Below, piece after piece: positions 52,552-64,000 of a stretch of DNA of 64,000 bases. This DNA is from Octopus bimaculoides. Its lineage: Eukaryota. The translations under genes were made by a program, and so were the position numbers. The notes beneath the pieces were generated by a model that was not told where the DNA came from, made no database searches, and was given only the letters and a program-made list of their open reading frames with translations. Numbering within the stretch: the stretch's first letter is position 1; each line of letters starts with the position of its first letter. Where the stretch lies: contig NC_068997.1 in assembly GCF_001194135.2 (NCBI RefSeq), positions 55,012,415 through 55,076,414 of the forward strand, read 5' to 3'.

Positions 52552-53106
52552 TGAGGGTGAGTCAAAAAGTAATGCCATTTTGTTTAGGACAGGTATAATT
52601 GCCAACACAGGAACATGTATCATACATCAAAATGAAGCTTATTATGAGTTTATTGTTTTTCCTTTGGGCAAGAAATCAACCAGAATGACACCTTGAGCAT
52701 CCCAAAAGACAGTTGCAATGGTTTTTCCAGCTGACTTTTGCATCGTGAACTATTTCGGTGGTGGTGATTTAGAGTGGCACCATTCCATTGACTGCCTCTT
52801 TGATTCCAGTTCATAATGATGAACCCATGATTCATCACCTGTTATGACCCTTCGAAAGAAGGTGCTGTCTCTTTGACTTTGTAGTGAAGAATTGGCTCAA
52901 AGAACAGTCAACAGAATTTTACAGGGCAGGGATACATGCTATCATTCAAAGGTGGAACATTGCTATTGATAGAAACGGTGACTATGTTGAGAAGTATGGA
53001 TGTGATCCACAGAGGACCAGCTTCATTTTGATGTATGATACATGTTTCTGTGTTGGTAATTATACCTGTCCTAAGCAAAATGGCATTACTTTTTGACTCA
53101 CCCTCG
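52552..53106. mobile_element. Non-autonomous mariner (DD34D) derivative with 88-bp inverted ends and internal fragments on opposite strands
   Basis: TA flanks at 52550-51 and 53107-08. 52552-52639 is the reverse complement of 53019-53106 with 4 mismatches. The minus strand of about 52645-52880 reads RRVITGDESWVHHYELESKRQSMEWCHSKSPPPK*FTMQKSAGKTIATVFWDAQGVILVDFLPKGKTINS. The plus strand from about 52881 reads VVKNWLKEQSTEFYRAGIHAIIQRWNIAIDRNGDYVEK, a mariner C-terminus. Confidence 0.92.
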
Positions 53107-53933
53107 TATATATATATATCATATAATAATGACAGGAGTTGGCTGAAGCTTGTTAAGGTAGAATGCTAAGGCTTGTTGCCCTTGCTGATGTGAAACCTCA
53201 CTCATTCATAACTAACAGTTAATATTTTCTTACATGAAACCACCAAGCTGATAGACATTTTGTTTATAGAAGTCATAATGAAGCTTACCACGTAGCCATA
53301 CCAGCTCATCCATTTCTCTCCCTCACTCTCTCTCTCTCTCCCCCATGAACTCTTTAGTAAATATTTTTACATTTCTACTCTATTCTTCCGGCCACCCCTT
53401 TTCTCTCCATCTTTTGCTATATTTCATAGCCAATGTGTCACATGTCATATTATCATACAGCATCACATGAGACACGCTTCATAGAATCTGTGTTTTGCAA
53501 AGGAGGGGGAAAACATTTTGCTATCGACTGAGACAATACCTCACTAAGCTTCTTCAATTATTATCATCTTACAATCTTACCATCTTCAGAATTATGAGAT
53601 TCACATCTTTACCCCAATCTATCAAAACTTTTCCTTCTCTTTGTCACTGTGTGTATGTGTTAATGTATACTTTACATACATATACATACTTACTTACATA
53701 CATTAATGTAAATATATATATATACATGCACACTTATATAGAGACATATGTAAGCATGTATATACACACATACACGCATGCATATACATGAATAAATATC
53801 AATATATGTGTGTGTGTTTGTGTCCATATGTCTGATATGGTCCTACATTAAAACAAACAAAAGACGATAAAATATCTTGTCAGGAAGTGTAGTATAGAAA
53901 GTTGAGGTAAAAAATATATTCAATGTTTGTGCG

Positions 53934-53965
<32 letters not shown>

Positions 53966-56012
53966 CTTTAATGATTGAAGAAGAAGCAAAGGAAGAGAGA
54001 TAAGGGAAATAGTGTTTTGCAACCAATATTGAATTCCTCGTAGCGACATTTCATCTGGAACAGCAATATCAGTAACAATAGATGAAAGAAGTTTGCCATA
54101 AACAAAAAAAATATATATATAAACTAATAAATAAATGAATAAAAAAACAAAAAGTCATTTCTAAGAAATGTTGTTTGTTGTATGAGAGCCAATCCAAGAC
54201 AAACAGTTCTAGTTTTGTTTCATGTTTGGAGGAAAGTTTTGTGTGTTGAAAATAATTTAGATTTGTCATAGGAATCTCTTATGTACATTTGACAAGCTGT
54301 TATATGTTATTGATTATTATCAAAAAGTATTATAAATATTGAACCACACAACAGAATCTCTCTTGTTTATGTGTTTTTCTTTTCCTCTTTTTTTTTGTTG
54401 TTGTTGTTGGTTTGCAGCATTTCTTCGTCGTTGTTGCTCTTAGAACAGAATCTTTTATCCAACCATCATCCCTCTTCTGCTTCAACTGTTTTGACATTTT
54501 CTGTAAATTCTTGTACCTTTTATTCTTTCTCAATTGATAGGCTCCAGCTTTGGAGGGAGTCACCAACTTACCCCACCTTAAATCTTATTTTGCATAGAAT
54601 TACTCCTCCTCTGATTCCTTCTTTTCACCACAACATTCTCTATTCACTCACATTCAACTTTTCTTCAAACGCATCACACGGCAGTCAACACGCATGGAAA
54701 GTTTCTGTAAACAGGAACCTTCCTAAAACTCAAATCATCTGAATTATACACATAAACAACAGTTTATCAGCTTTCTCTAGGATAATTTTCTCTCATAAGC
54801 ATTTAGGGGGCACTTTAAACAAAAAATAGTGTTAATAAAATCACCTCTACATTTGCAAATACATTCGTTTATATTCTAGAAATATGTAGATACACACACA
54901 CATACACACGCATATATGCACACCTGGTTACTCTCTTTTACTATTTCCTATTTACATATACACACCTACATTGTGTTGCATTCATTATCAGTTGTCAGTT
55001 TCACTCAAACACAGAGAATATAAAACTCTCGTTTTTCCATTTTACCTCTGTCATGTCTACCCTGAAGAACTTTCTCGAAAACGTCAGAAACTTAAGTACC
55101 CATGGTATTATTACTTCAATGCTTCTGTCACTTTTTGCAGATATGTAAACGTTAAATTAGTAATGACAAATATGAGAAAGTGTTTGATTTACAGATATGT
55201 CTTGCATAAAATTTGGTGTTTGTGTTAATATTCTGTCTTCCTTAACAACTGAAGAATACAACAGACTTGCTCCACTTGTAAGAAACCCAAGGTTTTGACA
55301 GAGGTATTGGCTGTAATTTAAATAATAAAAATTATATGTGCACATGCACACTAATATATATAGTTATACACACACGTGCATACATATTTGTGTCCCTGGT
55401 AGATTCTTTATCAATATCTTTATAATTGTGGTCTTGAAGCACCAGGCAAACTGGAGAAGGCACAGCACTTCATTTATTTTTATCTCCATCTCATGAATAT
55501 AAGTGGCAGCTTCTTTATAAATAATCTTTGATTACAATAGCGTAAACATATTTATAATGTCTCAAACATTGATCAGAGTAATTGTAGCTGAAATGTTGTG
55601 TCTATGGGCCTCAGTGTGTTGTTGTTGTCACAAAATGACTGCTAAGACAGATCAACTAATGAATATGCATGTGTACTGAAGAACTGTCGAGTTGTGTTGC
55701 CTGTGTGTGAATGGGGGTATTCAGCCGGGAGACATCAAGTGGGGGGATAATGAGCAAGTCAATTATTCAAATGTGACACAAATGGAAATTTATGTATGTG
55801 TGTGTGTGGATGGGTGTAGGGGTATACATTGAAATCCATGCATGTTTGGTATATGCATGTGTATGTGTGTATATGGAAAATTATAAGATTATAAGCATGC
55901 CTTGAGAACTTGTGTGGCAAGAATTGATCAGTTCATATAAAATAACAATAAAAATTCATCATATATTTAGTGCTTTTTAAGCAGATTTAATGAGAAAACA
56001 AGACTCTGTGTG

Positions 56013-56051
<39 letters not shown>

Positions 56052-56379
56052 GCAGAATGGTAGAAACAACAGCAGAGAATCACCAAGGTTATGAAGAGAC
56101 ACTAAAAGAGTCACCAAAGCACTTAGACAATACTTAGTTGGGCACTTCTTTAACAATCAACATTTTATTTTCTTGGTGAGCAGAGAAAAAGATGGGTCCT
56201 TTATTAAAAAGTTATCAGTTGGTAACTAAACATGAGAATAGTATGTGTGTGTGCCTGATAGTACAAATGTAGCTCTACAGATGACAGCCTTTACATGTGT
56301 GTGTGTGTGTGTGTGTGTGGATGTTAGTGGACATGAGTGAATCATTGTGTGTGTATGTGCATATGCTGGTCATAGTTTA

Positions 56380-56415
<36 letters not shown>

Positions 56416-56729
56416 ATGCATGTGCAGAGGCCATTACTGAAGAGCTAATATATCGTAGCTTTTGGCAATATATTCAGCCAGAATTTAATTACAGAACAAA
56501 ATAAAAGCGAATAAGACTTACACTTTATTCAAATATTCTTCAGAATATGGTTAATTTGTTAATGTATGCAGGTCTGTGTATGTGTGAGTTTGTGTTTGTT
56601 TCTACATCTGAGAATGTACAAATGTGTCTATGAAAGCATTTCACACACATGGGAATAAGCACACACACACACACACACATACATATGTATATGATTACGA
56701 GAGTGATTACCCCTCTCCTGTGCATATGC

Positions 56730-56773
<44 letters not shown>

Positions 56774-57702
56774 NNNNNNNNNNNNNNNNNNNNNNNNNNN
56801 NNNNNNNNNNNNNNNNNNNNNNNNNNNNNNNNNNNNNNNNNNNNNNNNNNNNNNNNNNNNNNNNNNNNNNNNNNNNNNNNNNNNNNNNNNNNNNNNNNNN
56901 NNNNNNNNNNNNNNNNNNNNNNNNNNNNNNNNNNNNNNNNNNNNNNNNNNNNNNNNNNNNNNNNNNNNNNNNNNNNNNNNNNNNNNNNNNNNNNNNNNNN
57001 NNNNNNNNNNNNNNNNNNNNNNNNNNNNNNNNNNNNNNNNNNNNNNNNNNNNNNNNNNNNNNNNNNNNNNNNNNNNNNNNNNNNNNNNNNNNNNNNNNNN
57101 NNNNNNNNNNNNNNNNNNNNNNNNNNNNNNNNNNNNNNNNNNNNNNNNNNNNNTATATATATATTTGTATATATATGTATGTATACACACCCATACAAAC
57201 ACACACACATAAAAGTATATGGTGTTTGTTTATATGTCTATTCCTTGAAGCCTTGGTGAGATTCCAAGCCAGTGTTGTATGACTAATGTGAATATTAACT
57301 ATTTACTATGTGTTTAGGGCAGTCTTTATTGCGTGCCTCTCCTATAGAAACTGAGAAGACAATTTTGCTAACGATACAATAATATGACGCTCGAAGCTCA
57401 ATGATAATCTAAATTGCTCAACGACAGACAAGAATACGACCAGCAAATGGAGGCTATACACTTTATTATTTTTAACTCTTTTCATTCCTTCACAGTTTTT
57501 TTTTAGTTTTAAGAAGATAGTCTGCAGAGAATTTGTTTCCTGACCTGGATATTGTCAGAGTAATTTTGTTAGATTCATTTCTCTGTGGTCTCTTTCATGA
57601 AGTGGACTTCAGAACTGGTAGAGAAGCAGGCAGGAAAATATATTCATCATCACTGATATCACCGCTATTCAATGTCTGGCTATATACTGGCATGGATTAG
57701 AT

Positions 57703-57991
57703 CAGTGGCTCCCAAATTGGGCAGTACTGCCCCCTTGGTGGGGTGGAAAGATCCAGGAGGGTGTTGATGAAAAGTGGCATGATAATGGGGTTGCCAAAAT
57801 GGGTGATAGATGTAAAAAAAAGAAAATATTAATAAGTTAATTAGGTTTAAGTTTTATTTATGAAATACAATTGTTTTGAATTTTCAGCAGAAAGTGGTGT
57901 ATATTTGTGGTGGAGAGGTGTGGGGGGAAGTGCTAGTAATGTGACCTGGGTGCCAAGGGAGCAGCAGCCTGAAAAGGTTTGGGAACCACTG
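57703..57991. mobile_element. hAT-Charlie-type MITE
   Basis: TIRs CAGTGGCTCCCAAA and rc CAGTGGTTCCCAAA. 8-bp TSD GATTAGAT (57695-57702) and GGTTAGAT (57992-57999). Length 289 bp. Confidence 0.9.
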
Positions 57992-58499
57992 GGTTAGATG
58001 GTTTGTAGGGTCTGATGAGGTGAAGAACCACATCATGCTTCACTCCCTAATTGGGCATGGATCCTTCTGCTGGACACCCATCCAAATACCGTCTACTTTA
58101 GACAGTATACTACGTGGTCTTTCTCTCTCTGTCTCTCTCTCTGTGTCTCTCTCTTTCTGTCTCTCTCTCTCTCCCTCTCTCTCTCTTTCTCTCTCTTAAC
58201 ATTCTGATTTCAAATTTTGCAATTGTTAACTTTACTTGTCATCCTTCTTGGGGTGATAATCCTTAGTGCAGGGATTAATATAATTAACTCATCCTTTCCT
58301 TGTTATTATGCAAAAAATCCTAATAATAAAATGAAGTAGATTAACAAGGAAACCTTTTCTTCTGGAGAATCTCTGTTCAAATGCTGGTGACTTTTTACTT
58401 AGCCTCAATTTTGAGGGGCAATAAAAAAAAAAACATGGTCATACATTTGGCTCAAGAAGTTAAACTGTCCACTCTCACAGATTCTGGGATCTTGTATTT

Positions 58500-58845
58500 T
58501 CAGAATTGTTAGAACAACAGATAAAATGTCTTGCAGTATTTCTACTGGCTCAGTTCAACTCCCATCAGGGCCAACATAGCCTTTCATGTCTCAGGGGTTG
58601 ATTAGATAAAATACAAGCCATGCCCTGGAGACAATGGACTTGCCTAATCCTCTCACCCTCAAAATTGTTGGAGCTGTTCCGAAATCAGAAACCATTATTG
58701 CTATTATTATTATTATTATTATTATATTAAGGGACAAGTTCATCCTTACAGGGTCGATAAAATAAGTACCAGTTGAATCCTGGGGCTGATGTAATCAACT
58801 CCCCCCTCCCCCAAAACTGCTGTCCTTGTGGCAAAATTTGAAGCT
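58500..58845 (+). mobile_element. Two tandem SINE family A-like copies (58500-58695 decayed; 58728-58845 5'-truncated)
   Basis: CCTTTCATG..GGGGTTGAT, then (ATT)n, then TTCATCCTTACAGGGTCGATAAAATAAGTACCAG...GGCAAAATTTGAAGC followed by (ATT)n. Confidence 0.65.
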
Positions 58846-60037
58846 ATTATTATTATTATTAGTAGTAGTAGTAGTTGTTGTTGTTGTTGTAGTAACTCAT
58901 TTATCCATTTTCTTACTGGAACTGTTGAATAGTTTTCAAGATAAGGTTATGAGTCACGACTTGACAGCTCCCCATTATAGCCAGCCGAATGCTTTAGATA
59001 AGATCTACTGCCAACAAACATGAATATGGAAAGTTCTCTGTAATTTCTCACATAAGAAAAAGTAAAGCTTATCACAAAAGACAACACAATCAAAAGATCT
59101 CTGCTCCGCCCCACTACCTTATGCGTAAACACCTCTTTTGAAAGTCAAACTTATTTCTGATCGCATCTTCAAGATAAAGACTAAATTCATCTTGGGAGAA
59201 AAAAAAAAAGAATTACAACATAAAAAAAAAGAAGAAAAATGTCTCCAGATTTGATCTTGATCTTTCTAAAGAACTGGTGTAATCCCATAATACCTACGAT
59301 GTTGATTTGACTGACTAAATCATCTGCAAGATGAGTGATGAAAATTTAGACATGAGAGCTGGAGTGCTGAATTGAGGGTGCCACCCTTAATTATTTACTT
59401 ACATTCCTCCAGTGCACAGCTTTATTTATTTAAGGCTACCCAACGAAACATACATTTGCAATAAAGATTATGTCCTCTCCAGAGGATAAAGCGTATCTGT
59501 TCTGTTTTTCATGCAAGGGAAATGGCAGGTAAGAGTAATACATTACAGTGTCAATGAAGTCCAGGAAAGAAATTAAATGAGTGAGAAACAGGAAGATATA
59601 TAAAGGAGGGAGGAGGCACTTCGTTGGGAATACTGAACGATAATTATAATCTATTTATGTATTTTGTTGAATATACTAAGAAGACTTGTTCGTGGGCCCC
59701 AAGTTCAAATCTGTGGCAGGCAATTTGTTGTGCTTCTGGGCATAGCACATAACTCTAAATTACTTCAGTTGCCTGTTATAAAAATGGTTTAGTTGTCATG
59801 TGATAAACATTGCTGAAACTAAAGTTGGGTTTGGCTTAAGATTTGTGAAATAATTCACAGGTACATACAGTTTCATATGTGTGTGCATATATATATCTGG
59901 GAATGAATAAGTATGAATATATATATGTGCTTATATATAAATATTGACGTATCTCTAAGTTAAATGTGTGACCTGGGCCATTTAAGGCCCAAACTTACCT
60001 AAGCTATGTGTATGTATATATATATATATATATATAT

Positions 60038-60174
60038 ATGTAAATATATATGTGTGTACATAAATGTAAATAATATATGTATGTAAATATATATGTGTGT
60101 ACATAAATGTAAATAATATATGTATGTAAATATATATGTGTGTACATAAATGTAAATAATATATGTATGTAAAT
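60038..60174. repeat. 43-bp tandem repeat, about 3.2 copies
   Basis: Unit ATGTAAATATATATGTGTGTACATAAATGTAAATAATATATGT. GTGTGTACA ends at 60060, 60103 and 60146. Confidence 0.9.
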
Positions 60175-60223
60175 ACATCTATATGTATATGTAAATTAGA
60201 TATGTGTGTGTATATATATAAAG

Positions 60224-60595
60224 TCATGGCACCCCAATGGTTACAATGATGAGGGATCAGTTGATCCACTCAATAGAACAGACTGCTCATGAAATTAACG
60301 TGCAAGTGGCTGAGCACTCCACAGACACGTGTACTCTTAATGTAGCGCTCGGGGAGATTCAGCGTGACACAGAGTGTGACAAGGTTGGCCCCTTTGAAAT
60401 TTTGATACAAAAGAAACAGGAAGTGTGAGAGAAAGTTGTGGTGAACAAGTTCAGCAGGGTTCGCCACCACCCCCTGCTGGAGCCTTTAGGTGTTTTCACT
60501 CAATAAATACTCACACTGCTTGGTCTGGTAATTGAAACCGTGATCCAATGACCATGAGTCCGCTGCCCTAACCACTGGGCCATTGTGCCTCCACA
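60224..60595 (-). mobile_element. tRNA-headed SINE family E with a long central domain, near full length
   Basis: The reverse complement begins GTGGAGGCACAATGGCCCAGTGGTTAGGGCAGCGGACTC (A-box TGGCNNAGTGG) then GGTTTCAATTACC (B-box-like). A GC- and CpG-richer body (GTGTCACGCTGAATCTCCCCGAGCGCTAC...) is unlike families A-D. Confidence 0.75.
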
Positions 60596-60596
60596 A

Positions 60597-60629
<33 letters not shown>

Positions 60630-61282
60630 CATATAATCATTTGACTGTCCAACCCAAGCCACCATGGAAAAAGGATGTAAAATGATGATGATATATACAC
60701 ACGTGTGTGTGTGTGTGTGTGTTTACATGTGTGTCTTTGTCCCCCACCTCTTGTCAACCAGTGTTATTTTGTTCATAAGTCCATGACTGAGTGGTTCAAC
60801 AAAATAGTCTGATAGAGTATGTAGCAAACTTAGAAACCTAAGTACAGGAGTTGATTTGTTTGAGTAAACCTCTTAAGGTGGTGCCCCAGTACGGCTGCTG
60901 TCTAATGATTGTAACAAGTAAACAGTAATAGAAAGAAAAAAAACCAATGCTGCTGCTTCAACATAGATCTGCTAGAAATAGCAGTTAAAAATGGGTTCCC
61001 AAGGAGTTAGCCAACAACCAGTAGACTTCTGTGAAGTGGTTCATACAAAGTAGTGAAAGAATACAAAAAACAAAAACAACAGCCGAGGATCACAATTAGT
61101 TCGTTATTTAGTAGATTGAGCCTACTTCCATTTAAAATAACTGTTTTTAATGAAGAGGCAACAAAAAAGCCATCCACAGGTAGTTATATGACACCATTAA
61201 ATAGCAATCATTAAAATGAACTGACAAGATCTAGTCTGATGTTTATTGCTTTATTAATCTAGTTTTCTCTCCCAACCTACAA

Positions 61283-61319
<37 letters not shown>

Positions 61320-61516
61320 TGTGTGTGGAGGGGGCTAGGAGCTGAAAGTGAGTAAATTGTGTAAAACAGATAATCAATTAGTAAGGTGAGTTAGCATGAT
61401 GTGGCTGTGTGTGTGTTTATTGATGTTTGTAAGTATGTTTGTGTGTACTTATACACAAACGTATACAAATAGGTATGTGTACAAGTAGACAGATTCACAA
61501 GCACACACACATACAC

Positions 61517-61551
<35 letters not shown>

Positions 61552-61699
61552 CATGATTAGTAGTAGTAATAGTAGTAGTAGTAGTAAGAGGAGGTTACAC
61601 AGCATTCTTTTTATCCACCTTCTGCAAAAATGGCTGGCATGAAGAAGAGCGTCCAACTGTAAAATTCCTCTGTCAACAACCAAACTTGTGTAAATTATG

Positions 61700-61985
61700 C
61701 AAGGATGGGAAATGGATAAGGATGGAGGTGGTAGGAATGGTGGTGGTGGTGGTGGAGACAGCAGGAGCAATGATGGTGGTGGTGGTGGTGGTCATGATGA
61801 TGGTGGGGGTCATGCTGATGATGGTGATGTTGGTGGTGGTGGTGGTGGTGGTAGGGGCAATGGTACTGGTGGTGGTTGTAGTGACAGGGATGCTGGCAAC
61901 AATGCGGTTGGTAATGGTGGTAGCAATGAGGGTGTCGGTGGTGGTAATGATAAAGGTGGTTGATGATTATGATGACAGTGATAGT
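61700..61985. repeat. (GGT)n/(GAT)n low-complexity tract
   Basis: Directly visible. It explains the poly-G, poly-V and poly-P ORFs at 61686-62021. Confidence 0.9.
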
Positions 61986-64000
61986 TACAACATGGCTGAC
62001 ATTGTATGTTGCTCATACTGACCCTGGGCCTTTACTGAGTAGGATTTTATTAGTAACTCATCATAACAACAATACTGATTGCTACACCACAAACATTAAT
62101 ACATTTAAAAAGCGTTAACACAAACAATTTCACATTATTTAAAAAGATATAAAAATAATTATTTGCCAATATAATTCTTCTAATTGTCTTTGTTGTAATT
62201 GACTAATTATTTCTATGGTTGTCTTTTCTTTCTGTTCAAAATTCCAACTAATTCAGTTCCGTGGCAGTGTTACCAGATCTGTTATGTCTTGAAGCAGTTT
62301 TAAATGAACAGAAGTTTCCTATCATAGAATATATCCATTCCTGTCCCTTTGTCTCATATTAGTCTCTTGACACTTGGCATGAAGACACCTCCCTCCCTAC
62401 ACTAGACCTTACCACTCAGTCGAGATGTNNNNNNNNNNNNNNNNNNNNNNNNNNNNNNNNNNNNNNNNNGGGGGGGGGGGCTTGTGAGTGACTCAGCAAC
62501 TTCAGTAGTGTTGGTGCTGCAATAAATGGATCCATCAAATTCTGTAAATTGGTTGGCACTTGGGAAGGCATCCAGCTGTAGAAACCATGCCAAAGCAAGC
62601 TTTAGAGCTTTACTCATTCTCTGGTGTGTCTGATCCTATCAAACAGTCCAAGCCATGCCAGCATGGATGGTGGCTAGCAAATGATGATGATGCTGATGGT
62701 TTCTATATCTCTAAATTGAAGTCTGCAACTTGACTGTTGGATTGCAGTGAGCAATGAGTGGAATTCTCTTTGTAAATGACTTGTTCCTAACTTCAAAGTA
62801 CTTATTTGTCAGGAATCAATCAGAAAAGGACAGCAAAATCATTAAAACAGTCACATTTTTCCAAAATGTCCAGCTGGGTAAATAAATAAATATTGGTTGT
62901 TCTTATTTCAGCTGTGAATTTGAAGAATTTCTGAATTTAAGTTACTTTTACAATTTACTAAAGACCACCAATTCCAAAATAATAATAACAATTACTACCA
63001 TGACTACTACTACAACCGTTATTATTGTTACCATTATTATTGTTGTTGTTGTTACTGTTCAACTGTATCGACAGACTGCCTTCAATTGAAGAAATTGAAA
63101 GAGTGATGTTGGGATAAATGAGAAGTTATTAATCATGTACAGAGCCAATAAGAGCCATTCTATAGCAATGGATATTTGATGGATTTTGAAAGGTATTGTC
63201 AATATTTCATTGCAAACATCATGTTCACAATAGCTTAGGGGGAAACCATTTAATATCTATTTATTATAAAGTGAATAGCAATTTCTATTCGATATATTTA
63301 CTTTACAATTTAGAATATATTTTTTGTTTATTGCTTTTTTACAGTAGCTAACAGGAATTTTTCTGAAGAAAAATATAACAAATAAACAAAATAAAAGAAT
63401 CATACCATCAAGAAATGGAACTACAATAAAATTTCTGTAATTTAGATTCCATTAAGAAAATAAAATCGCAAAAGAAGTTAATTCTTTTCACAAGGAAAAA
63501 TAAACCTTTCGTATTTTATCAATTACTCATTTCTAATAGTTTCTAGTAGACACCTAAACATATATTTTATATTAAACAGATTCTTAAACTTGATTGCTTT
63601 CTTAATGCTTCTATTTATTTATTTTATGAATTTATTATTATCATTATTATTATTATTATTGTTGTTGTTGTTCTTGTTGTTACTATTATTATTTTGTTCT
63701 GTGTTTTGTTTTGTTTTTCTAGACTGGTGCTCTTAATATTTTATTTCCCAAAACGGAAATTATAGCAAGCACAGTGGCTAAGAAGTTAAGGTATTGAATT
63801 AAAAGCTCCAAAGTTGTTCAGATCTTGTGCCTGGTGTAGTATTGCCTTCACTAAACCTACCTGAAAATGGAGATCAGTCTACGAAAACAAGTGAGATGCT
63901 ATTAAGGAGTGCATCGACTTGTAAAGAATATTATTTTTCAGTTCATGTGAAATAATATTATCAAATCTATTTAATATATGCCACCATTGTTCTCGACTGT

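Noticed and set aside
52650-53096. ORFs as a possible intact transposase
   Set aside because: Only fragments, with an in-frame stop, on opposite strands; non-autonomous.
55700-55795. GGIQPGDI, resembling the PDZ motif GxLxxGD
   Set aside because: The following residues do not fit a PDZ fold, there is an upstream in-frame stop and there is no convincing acceptor.
50150-60174. CRISPR-like repeat-spacer arrays (GACAATG array at 50150-50490; 43-bp repeat at 60038-60174)
   Set aside because: Eukaryotic context, spacers are microsatellite rather than unique, and there are no cas genes.
60237-60470. ORFs of 63-66 aa
   Set aside because: They lie inside SINE family E.
61686-62021. Gly-rich, Val-rich and Pro-rich ORFs resembling structural proteins
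   Set aside because: A (GGT)n/(GAT)n low-complexity tract open in all frames, with no splice or codon evidence.
62420-62485. Poly-G after a 41-N gap, and two gaps of identical 41-N size
   Set aside because: Probably placeholder gaps and sequencing artefacts, not biology.

Overview
AT-rich, repeat-dense eukaryotic DNA. The SINE-like families, the (TA)n/(CA)n/(ATT)n load and the RTE/mariner/hAT relics suggest a coleoid cephalopod, probably Octopus; this is recognition from memory, not a search. The window looks intronic or intergenic, and I cannot support any intact, recognisable protein-coding gene. Nearly all listed ORFs are translations of microsatellites, N-gaps or repeats. Supported features: two decayed RTE-clade LINE fragments; two rearranged mariner derivatives, one with 88-bp inverted ends and an antisense catalytic fragment; a Charlie-like hAT MITE with TIRs and an 8-bp TSD; a 1.1-kb hAT-like element in a (TA)n tract; a fold-back MITE; about 40 copies or fragments of several SINE-like or LINE-tail families; several minisatellites; five assembly gaps. 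A few repeat-free, CpG-retaining patches and splice-flanked short segments may be cryptic exons or enhancers of a large host gene, but these are low confidence. I found no evidence of a novel multi-gene system.
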